Positions 48,911 to 59,239 of a stretch of DNA of 64,000 nucleotides are shown in pieces. The position numbers were made by a program, and so were the translations under genes. This DNA comes from Dimorphilus gyrociliatus (Eukaryota > Animalia > Annelida): NCBI GenBank assembly GCA_904063045.1, contig CAJFCJ010000035.1:1-64000 (forward strand), read 5' to 3'. The notes under the pieces are model-generated. The model worked only from the letters and a program-made list of their open reading frames with translations, searched no databases and was not told where the DNA came from. Positions within the stretch are counted from its first letter, which is position 1; every line of letters starts with the position of its first letter.

Positions 48911-49400
48911 CTAATCCTGCATAAGCAGGTTGTCTGCCTCAAACATTGGAAATAGCTTCTCCTCAATTATTTCTTGGTATAAATTGCTATCCATATACCC
49001 ATTATATAACTTTATAGCTCTTGTCCCATCAGCTTTTATACACCCCCATATTGATATTGATGAATTTGCTGTACAAACAGCTTTTTTGGTGTATTTTGGA
49101 TCATACTGTTTATGACTCCCCCTATGGACCCAAATTCTCCTTTTTGGATACAATTCAATCTGACTTTCATTGGAAAATATAATTTTGTTTACATCTTCTT
49201 GACTCTTATTTAACATAGACAAACAAAAAGATTTTCTATTTCTTGCATGGCAAGGTTTTAGCCCTGGCTTACTTGTCACAACATAGCGTTTAAGGTCATT
49301 TTCTTGCAAAATCTTTTTGCATGCCGATAGAGAAATTTTGGAACCTAATCCTGAATGTTTAAGCTATGCCTTGCAAATCTATCTTCCCAGATACTCCTAT
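48911..49400 (-). mobile_element. Tc1 transposase DDE-domain fragment
   Basis: IIFSNESQIEL, SISIWGCI..G, MDSNLYQEII and LMQD* follow Tc1 core motifs; the 3' half is absent. Confidence 0.85.
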
Positions 49401-49559
49401 CAAGTTTAACCTCAGCTATATATTTAAACTAACAAAATCCATCAGTTACATGAAATTATTATAATTATACAAAACAATGGTATTAGTTAAGAAAGTCATT
49501 TTCAGAGTCATCCACAGCTATGCATAAATATTCTGATATTTTAAATGGTTTTAAAATTT

Positions 49560-50600
49560 GATCAACATTTATCAGCCAACATTCTTCTTTGTTTCTTTCC
49601 ACTCTTTGCCCCTTTATTAAGTTGTTATCAACATCAATTGAAATAGACTTTGATCCAATTTTCCCATCAGATTGAACTTCTGAGTGAAAATTAAATTTTT
49701 TTTCCCAATATCACCAATAAGTCCATCCATTTGTTTATAATCTTTAGGTGAAAGTTTAAAACTTACATCCAAGTGAATTTCAGATAAAGAGTGGATAGAC
49801 TTTTGTATTTGAATTATATTCCCTGGATATACTAAAGATTTTATAAAGATATGATTTCTAGTGATCAAATATTCAAATTTTTTTGACTTAAAAGTGAATT
49901 TTTGCAAATCAGCTATCCAGTTTACTGGTTGTTCATTGTCAAAAATGATATTATTTGTTGAAATTGTAATTCTTCCAGAATCAAATTTGAAAATAATCCT
50001 ATGCATGTAATGATCATCAATAAGCTGTCCATAAACCTGTATTCCATTTAAACTAAAACCAGCAATGTATAAATATTCTCCAGGTGAACCAGTGATATCA
50101 TAACATAGAGACTTAGTCATCTGACTGGGATAATCCACAACCATTTGTTGAAAATGTGAATCCCCCCATGCAAAAGACCATGGATCGCCATTAGGTGTAA
50201 AATACATCGGAATATCAACACTGAACACAAAAGAGTTGGCTGCAGCTCAAATTAGTCTCATCAATACTGACTTTGCAGAGCCAACTTTAGTTACAACAAT
50301 ATTATCTATACCATATTCAGGGAAGACATTTTCAGTTTTATCTAAAGTTGCTTTATCAGGATTAGAGAGGCTATAACTAAAATAATATAAAATATTAACA
50401 TTAACTCTTTGATTTCTCTCTCCTGAGAATAATTATGAAATTATTTTGTTTTTCATTTACAAAACTTTGGAAATAGTGCTTACTTGCAATTCCATTGTGA
50501 ATTTCCAGTATTAATGAAAACACTTTTTGATGATGATTCCATACTTGAGATTTCAACCTTCATGTAAAATAGATTATCTTTATCATAGTCTAGACAAGAA
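49560..50600 (-). pseudogene. Inter-alpha-trypsin inhibitor heavy chain C-terminal (ITI_HC_C)-like domain remnant
   Basis: GDSHFQQMVV..SLCYDITGSPGEYL..GIQVYGQLI and DGLIG resemble ITIH GDPHF..VCFNIDGQPG..V.GQLI..GL.GQF. In-frame stop upstream and an A-run frameshift near 49700. Confidence 0.6.
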
Positions 50601-50755
50601 AATTAAAAATATGTGTAATGTAATGACAAGATTTTAATTACATATATTATTGCCAATGGACTTCTCTCATATTAAATTTTTGTATGATGCAACATTTTTT
50701 AACTTTTAAATTTATTTAGTAAATCTTCTTTGTGATATTAAATGCCCTTAATTGC

Positions 50756-51125
50756 TGTACAACTTTGGTTATATTTTACATGCTTGAACTCTATTATTTT
50801 ATGCAACTTATACATGTACATCTTAAAACCTACGCCAGAAAATGCTATAACATTGGCCAAACATAAGTCTGATTAGTCAGCTTGAAGACTCATCTTTAAT
50901 CACCAATAAAGGTTTGCCCAAGTTATAATTTAATTAACTTGCCTAGGGTGTGGCCAAGTTATAATTCAATTAACCTTCCTAAATGTTGAACCTTGTAACA
51001 TCCTGTTACTAAAGATAAATATGAACTACACATTTCGGCAACTGTAAAGTGATTATTGGATGTCAGAGGCAAACCTCAAAGTATATAAATCCTCACTATT
51101 CTCATTTGGCATGCAGCTTCCATCT
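50756..51125 (+). mobile_element. 5' part of the 1707-2332 LTR (no PPT upstream), truncated at a junction with LRR repeats
   Basis: TGTACAACTTTGG... colinear with 1707-2070, ending ...gcagcttccatct. Confidence 0.88.
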
Positions 51126-51492
51126 TAATAATTTAGAATACCTAAATTTTCAAGGATGTCAAATATCTAAGGATATGAGTGGAGAATTTGGAAAATTTAT
51201 TGGAAATCAAACAAAACATAGAAGATTGGACTTTTCTGGTTTAGATTTGAGTGGGTAATTGGGAAAAAATTTATTTAGTAATATCACAGACAAGTTTTGT
51301 AATTTAGAATACCTATATTTTAAGGGATGTCAAATATCTGAGGATATGAGTAGAGAATTCGGAAAATTCATTGGAAATCAAAAAAAACTCACGGAATTAG
51401 ACATTTCTGGTTTAGATTTGAGTGGGCAATTGTGAAAAAAGTTATTTGTAATATCCCAGGCAAATTTTGTAATTTGGACTCTCTGGATTTTT
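51126..51492 (+). pseudogene. Orphan cassette of about two 171-bp LRR units from the 58.2-61.2 kb NLR array, inverted relative to the gene
   Basis: NLEYLNFQGCQISKDMSGEFGKFIGNQTKHRRLDFSGLDLSG*LGKNLFSNITDKFCNLEYLYFKGC...LTELDISGLDLSGQL*. Confidence 0.92.
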
Positions 51493-52006
51493 TCACATAA
51501 ACTATCACAGTTGTAAATAAAAGAAGTTGTGCATGTAGATATAATTATATATCAATACTTAAACTTTAGATTTGGGGGTTCATTAGAAGGACTTTTTTTT
51601 TTAGGAATTGGACTGGTGCAAATATAGAAGTACTTATATTTCATTTTTAGTGGTGTAACCTTAACAAGACTTTTTTTGTAGTGTTAGCTTTTAGTACTTT
51701 AGAAAGAAATTCCTGCAATTACAATACAGCAAAGTACAAATATTATGCAGTTGACAGCACACAATTCAACTTTAAGGAATGATATTTTGGTTTATGAAAG
51801 TGACAAAACCAGAGGAAAGGAAGTAGATAAGTATCTTATTAAAATATATGAATTAATGTTGAGAATTAAGGGTAGTGAAGCCAAGATTGATGGTAATAGC
51901 TTTTTGAAGGATGTGGTAGAAAACGGCCATAAATCTATGGTTTTACCTTAACCTTAACCTAGCCCTTGTTTTTGCCTAAACTTTTTCTGGCATTCAAGAT
52001 AAGGCT

Positions 52007-52363
52007 GTGGTAAAGACAATTGTAAGTCTTTTAATTGATGCTAATGAGAAACCTAATATTACTTTGCTGAGACTTTATTCTAGTAGCAGAGATACTTGGG
52101 CATTTAAGAGGAACTTTCAAACTGCTTGTGAATTGAACCTTTGGGACACAGAGGAGAAAAGAATTCGAATGCTGAGAAAATACAGAACTGAAACAACCAG
52201 AGATGTTATTGAAAGCTTACCCTCCAGGTCTACTGAATATGAAATTTGGGATGCATTGGATGAAGAAGTCAATCCAAATCCTATGGCTTTTAAAAAAGAC
52301 AGATTGAACAGTTTAATGATGAAACTGTTCAAAGTATTGTTAGAAGAAGTAAAGAGATTGTAG
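52007..52363 (+). mobile_element. Gypsy-type gag-like remnant
   Basis: FKRNFQTACELNLWDTEEKRIRMLRKY..T.RDVIESL..YEIWDALDEE fits the retrotransposon gag N-terminal helical pattern. Confidence 0.5.
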
Positions 52364-53559
52364 AAAATGCAAAGAAAAAATGTACCACCATACAAGAAGG
52401 TAAATAGTATCCAATGCAAATTTGTAATTCAAAAACAACCCATTTCAAGGCTCATTTTTCTAGTACATAATTTATCATGTACAATTTTATCACTTTACTC
52501 CAATCATCTATCTAAAGTTGCAGTTCCCAGCCTAAGCCATCATTATATCTTAAATGTCACAAGTCCAAATTCTCCAAGAAGAGAATGAGGAGAATCAGAA
52601 CTGCAGTAATTTACACTTTTTGGGGATATTCATCCTTCTTCAGGTGAGAGAGGAAGGTATTTGAAAAAAACTATATAAAATAAGATTATTGTATCTTTTT
52701 GATTCATATAGTATAGACCATTGGTCAAAATTCTTAGCGGTTTTCTATTGGCTGTTGCCACAACATCTTGTTTTTTTAAATATAGTAAATTTCTTGTTTT
52801 GCATTTAAGTTATTAAATAATTTTGTACTAAAACTATTATCAACTGGCAGAAATTCTTTGGAATGAATGCCTTAAACTATCTTGAAAATGTCAAGAAAAG
52901 GTGAATCTTATCACAAATCATATTTAAGATAAGATAAAGAAGGAAGAGATTTTTTATATTGATATAATAAACAAAAAGAAATGACAGATCTTCAAAGAAT
53001 TACTTATATGCCAATTTTTCTTTTTTTATTGGATATTATCAAAAATGGAGAGAATGATATTTTCATGAAAATAACATTTGAAATATTCAAGAAAAATATT
53101 TATACTATTAACCTTTTAGAAAGATTTCTTGAACAGTTTCATATGATATTTTGCTACTCCATGCCATTGATTCATCAATTTTACCTTTTCCCAACTTACT
53201 TGAAATTATTGGTGTATTCACCAATATAACAATTGTTGTAAATGGATGATGGAGAATAATCTACACTTATGTCTACTATTTTTCCATCAGCAGCAATTTA
53301 AACTGGATTAATATAGGCTTTAATTTCTCCTATTGTAAACTAGACAACTGCTAAATGAAACCATTTGTTATATAAGTCAAAATTCATGATTATAACTGTG
53401 GATTTTTTATGAGTTCTATCTATAAATTTGGTTGTATAAATGTCTTATCCTTCACTCTAAACAAAAAAAAGATTTGAGCATAACTCTACCAAATGCTTGT
53501 GTACATTAGTGACCTAGATGTGTACAATGTAAAAATTAAAAATCACCAAAATTTTTGAT

Positions 53560-54365
53560 GAAATACTATACTGTAATAGTATTGAGCAGCGCTCTGCATA
53601 CCCAAGATACAACTTTTAACTACTTCTAAAGTTAGTTGTTAATAGACTTTTACAACTTAACTTGAATATTTAACTAATTATCATAAACGTAATATATAAT
53701 CAATATTACTTGTTTTTATCATATTTTACCTATATTTTGAAATTGTAGATTGTTGAATAGTATCAAATATACAATACTTTTATAGATAACCAAATGCTTT
53801 TGTTTTTGCCATAAAATCTATTTTACACTACAATATCTCATTTTTGTGATATATAAGAACAGCATTATGCTGACTTTTGTCTATTTTTGTGTGTTGGACA
53901 ATCCAAGTTCTACCAAAAATTGTTACATCTTATGCAATTTTCTGACCTACTCAAAATATAGAACAACAAATCTCCAGAATAAAGAAAACGTAACAATTAT
54001 GGAAGCATATTTGGACTTTCCTTTATCTTAAATGCTACTTTTGTTTGTCTGTATATTTATGATCTGTGAACCATCAACTATTGGAAAGGTATATAAACCA
54101 TGCAAATTTAACAGTAGACAGTTCAGTCTTATAACTGTCAGCTTGTTTAGAACTAGAAACTTGTTTACTCAATAAATATTCTTTGAATGAAATACTGGCA
54201 TTGTGTTTATTAATTTTTTGAGAAGTTTCATTTTTTTAAGACTATCTGTGGACAAACTTGAAAGGTTCTTTTTGTTTGACTACTATGGTAAATTGGTAAA
54301 TAATTGGAAAGGACAAATTTGATCGTGATGAGCTAGAAGTTCCAACAATTACAATTCAACAAAGT
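53560..54365 (+). repeat. Dispersed repeat family B (longest + strand copy)
   Basis: Joins the 8085-8636 and 27625-27860 segments and ends in the acaattacaattcaacaaagta tail. Confidence 0.75.
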
Positions 54366-55029
54366 ACATTTAGAAAATTATTATTAGTTTTTAAGGGTAT
54401 TTAATACTTTTGTCTCTTTTGTAGCATTTTCCATAAAAGCATTCCTAAAGTATATATATCCTTCTTTTCTCCACAGTTCTCCTTAATATACAATTCCTTT
54501 ATGGATAAATAAATCTTGAAATTATTGGGCTGAAAAAGATGATAATGTAAAATTTAATCTACTGATTTTCCATAGATTATAAATACTCAACTTGAACAAC
54601 AATATCCATTATTGAAAATTGTCCATTTAGACAAAAGTTATGTCTATGAATTGAGGAAATTGAATGTAAAATTGTTGAAAAACATTTAAAATATTTATAA
54701 TCTCTATAAAATTCATATGTTATATGAATTCCAGAAAATTTGTTTGTCCTGAATAAAATTAGATGATAGTTTTCTTGATTTTTTAGGAAACTTAAAACTA
54801 GAAGAGAGGAAAAAAAATATATTTTTAAAAAATGATTAAAAATGTTAATTCTTTTTTTTTTTATTTTACAATTCTGAAACCATTCATTTCTTGCATTTTT
54901 CAATAAATTCATCCTTTTCAAACAAAACAAAATATTTTACTTGATAAGTGAAATGAAGACATGTAATTGAACAATTAACCTCTTTCTAGCAGATTTGACC
55001 TTAAATTTTGTAATGGTATTTGTTATCTC

Positions 55030-55770
55030 TTGAAAAGTGTGGTTTGTTGTATTGTAATTGTGGGAATTTCTGCTTCTTCAGAACAGTATTCGTCCTTTCC
55101 AATCATTTATCAATTTACCAAAGTACTGGTCCAATTAGAACCTTTCAAGTTCATCCACAAATAGTCTTAACAAATGTAATTTTGGTAGAAATAATTCAAC
55201 AAAATACCAGTATTTCATCCAAAGAATATGTATTGAGTAAATGAGTTTCTAGTTCTAAACAAGTAAGTTTAAACAACCAGTTAATGGTTAAAGAACTGAA
55301 CTGACAAGCTGAGGAAATGCATTTACTTTTATACATTTTCCAAAGCTTGGGTTCAAGTGGTCAAAGGATTACAAAGTTGAAATCTGATAGTCTCATAATT
55401 CTCATGTAACAAAAATATGAAAGACTGTTATATCACACATATAAAATATAATGCTAAGATTAGGGCCACATGCCAAACATGTGCCACAGCACACAGGCCT
55501 GTCTCATCAGCATCTGGTGTTTGACCTGAATCTTTTCCATGTTCTTTGTTCCTTTGTTAATTCCCAAATAGCCACCATCTGTTACAGTGAAAGAGTCTAT
55601 TTCTTACGAAATAGAGTTCTTTCTAAAGTACTAAAAGCTAACTCTACAAAATAAAAGTCTTTCTAAAGTTCCACCACTATAATTCCTACGAAATATAAGT
55701 ATTTCTATAGTTGCACCAGTCTAATTCCTATAAAATAGAAGTCTTTCTAATGTACCCTTATATCTAAGTG
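55030..55770 (-). repeat. Dispersed repeat family B (inverted copy)
   Basis: Reverse complement of 54120-54365 and 29745-30205. Confidence 0.75.
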
Positions 55771-57960
55771 CACAAAAAGACAAGATATAGGGATTTATAA
55801 TTGAACTTAGAGGTAAAATTGTAACCATTATCCATTCAAATTCATAATTTTCCACTGGAACTTTTGAAAATTGAATTAAAAAATGTAAATAACAAATAAT
55901 TAATCATTTTCTATAAAATGTTTATAAGTGTTTTTTTTTAATACCTAAAAGAGAGACAATTGTCCAAGTTAACATATGACTAACAGTGGAAATAACAGCA
56001 TTCATGTTAACACTTCTTTGATTAGACAACTTTCCAAATTTTTTAAATGACCCCTTTATTATATGGATAAATTCACAAGTTAAATAAAACATAAAGATGC
56101 TTAACAAAGGCAAAATGATGCAAAATATGATAAATTGATAAAAAAAATATACAGTTGAATTTTCCAAGTTGAGTATTGAGAAACATTTTCTGTCATTTTC
56201 CTGACAAAAAAAACTCTTGAATATAAACAAAAATTGTACCAAAAAAGTATTAAAAACTAATTACTTTGTGAAAAAAGACTATAATCATTGATAAAACCAG
56301 ACAGAATATGAATGAAATTGCAATAAATATGCTTTTAAATATCCAAGATTTACGCTTCTCCATTGGGTACTTTACCACTCTATTTCTTTATAGTGTTATG
56401 AATAGAATACCAATAGAGGATAAGAGTAGGGAAGAGAAGAGTGTGATTTGCAAAACTTGACAGAAAAAACTTTTGACCCAGGTGATATCATTTTCTAAAT
56501 ATGTATTTCCATAATAGAGGTCAACAGTGGCAATTGATATCATATAGAAAGATATGCACAAGTCAGCAAAACTTAGTAGTTGTTTAAAATGTTTCGAGGA
56601 ACTTTTTGCCCTAAAAAGTAAAATTGTTGAAAGAATATTTCCTAAACAACCAAACACTCCATTAAGCCAATATAAAACTATTTTACTTTTTGAATGAATA
56701 AGCCTCATACATTGTGGATAGTTGAGTAGTTTGCCTGCTGAACAATTGACATTTTCACCAAGGTATTTTATAGAAAAACAGCAAATTTTTGAATTGTTTG
56801 TATACATTTTAGACACTTTAACCATATCTATAAAAACTCTTACAATTTCAAAATGAGAGATAATTGTATAAGGAATAATTAATTTTTTTAATTTAAGTAA
56901 ATAGGTAAAACTTCCATCTTCTATTGAATGAATAAAACAACCTTTTATAATGAATGTTTGTAATTGTCTTATCAGATTAAGGTGTGATTTTAATAGTATT
57001 GTTATATTTGTATGTGATATATCCAAATAATTCAAATGGCTACATTTTAAATGATATAGAAATGATAAAGATTGAATTGGATTATAGGAAATTATCAATT
57101 TTTGAAGTAGTTTTAATTATTTTTTAGAATTATATTATCATTTTCACCTACTAATCCATTTTCAGTTAATGACAGACTTACTACATTTGGAATATTAATA
57201 TTCAAATTTTTAGTCAAGAATCTGTTACTTTTACTGATAATTAAGATTGTTAAATGAGTAGAAGTTGTATGAAAAAGTTTGTTTTTTTTTGGCAAATTGC
57301 CAGTAATATTTAATTTTCTTATACTTTCTATAAGTTTAAATTTTAAACTTTTATTGTTTGCCTGTTGTTTCTCAACTATTACATTATCCACAAGTGATTT
57401 GAAGTGACAATTGAATGAAAATGTGGAAATTTCAATACAACCTGGAAAATTTATTATTGGAATTTTACATAAAAGCTCATCACTTCCATCAAAAAATTAA
57501 ACAATTCCATTGCATATTTGATACATAGTCAGTCTTTGACTTGAACACATAAAAAATCCTTTTGGGTAAAAATTTCCTAAAAGTAAATGAAATTAGATCT
57601 ATATAATATGTTGCTTTTTTTTTCTTTTCTGTTTACCACAATCAACTTCATCATCGCCTTGAGGACATTTGTTAATTCCATCAGAAATAAGATCAAGAGA
57701 AATGCAATAAGCTTCTCTATAGCAAAGGGATTCGCCATAAGAACAAGATTTTTTAGAACAGGATTCTGAGAAATTTGGGTTTAATTCACTTAATACATAT
57801 CCTAAGGATGATGTTGTAACAAAACATTTTGCTATTTTCCTATAAGGTGTATTAGAAACTAATCTTTTGCATTGCAGAATTTCATATAGAAAATTTAGCT
57901 GAGGAACACAAAATGCAAAGCATTCTTTTTGAGTATCATTTCAACAGGCTAAAATATTAA
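55770..57960 (-). pseudogene. GRL101-like GPCR pseudogene (paralogue of 17292-22969)
   Basis: LDLa EAYCISLDLISDGINKCPQGDDEVDC and QICNGIV*FFDGSDELLC, LRRs, TM1-3, nonsense ITL*RNR where ERY is expected (56388), frameshift near 57105, TM7 LPLSSIINPYIL. Confidence 0.82.
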
Positions 57961-58160
57961 ATGAAAAAAAAAGCATTGTAAAAAATGCATTTCTAAATTT
58001 TTTTTAAAACCATATTTATATTCTTTTGAAATTGAATTTGAGTTGAAGCATAACTCATCCCTTCTATCAAAACACTCAACTTCATTATTGCAAACTTTGT
58101 CTTTATTAATGCATTGTCCATTTTTGCATTGTCTAAAAGAAATAAATTATCAGATACCAT

Positions 58161-59239
58161 TTAATAACTAATTAAATCACTGTACACTTCATTTTCACAT
58201 CTTTTAAAATTTAAGCATTCTAAATTACAAAACTTGTCTGTGATATTACTAAATAAATTTTTTCCCAATTGCCCACTCAAATCCAAAGTAGAAAAGTCTA
58301 ATTTAGTGAGTTTTGTTTGATTTCCAATAAATTTTCCAAATTCTACACTCATATCCTCAGATATTTGACATCCTTCAAAATTTAGGTATTCTAAATTACA
58401 AAACTTGTCTGAGATATTACTAAATAAATTTTTTCGCAATTGCCCACTCAAATCTAAACCAGAGATGTCTAATTCAGTGAGTTTTGTTTGATTTCCAATA
58501 AATTTTCCAAATTCTCCACTCATATCGTCAGATATTTGACATCCTTCAAAATATAGGTATTCTAAATTACAAAACTTGTCTGTGATATTACTAAATAGAT
58601 TTTTTCCCAATTGCCCACTCAAATCAATATCTGTAATGTTTAATGTAGTGAGTTTTGTTTGATTTCCAATAAATTTTCCAAATTCTCCACTCATATCCTC
58701 AGATATTTGACATCCTTTAAAATATAGGTGTTCTAAATTACAAAACGTGTCTGTGATATTACTAAATAAATTTTTTCCAATTCCCCATTCAAATCTAAAC
58801 CTGACATGTCCAATCTTTTGAGTTTTGTTTGATTTCCAATAAATTTTACAAATTCTCCACTCATATCCTCAGATATTTGACATCCTTCAAAATTTAGGTA
58901 TTCTAAATTACAAAACTTGTCTGTGATATTACTAAATAAATTTTTTCCCAATTACCCTCTGAAATTAAAACCAGAAATGTCTAATACAGTGAGTTTTGTT
59001 TGATTTCCAATAAATTTTCCAAATTCTCCACTCATATCCTCAGATATTTGACATCCTTTAAAATTTAGGTATTTTAAATTACAAAACTTGTCTGTGATAT
59101 TACTAAATAAATTTTTTCCCAATTACCCACTCAAATCCAAAGTAGAAAAGTTTAATTTTGTGAGTTTTGTTTGATTTCCAATAAATTTTCCAAATTCTTC
59201 ACTCATATCCTCAGATATTTGACATCCTTCAAAATTTAC
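58161..59239 (-). pseudogene. Six-plus LRR units beyond the NLR stop codon, ending in a natural-looking C-terminus
   Basis: Repeat continues in phase past TGA 59240-59242. TAA stops at 59123-59125 and 58952-58954, 1-nt deletion near 58778, final open segment 58161-58694 ending RCENEVYSDLISY*. Confidence 0.85.

Noticed and set aside
52981-53350. Possible GPCR TM1-like fragment (LEIIGVFTNITIVV)
   Set aside because: Single weak motif with stops in all frames; cannot support a call.
54577-54930. 117-aa ORF between the inverted repeat-B copies as captured cargo
   Set aside because: AT-rich low-complexity translation with no convincing domain; arms are diverged and lack a TSD.
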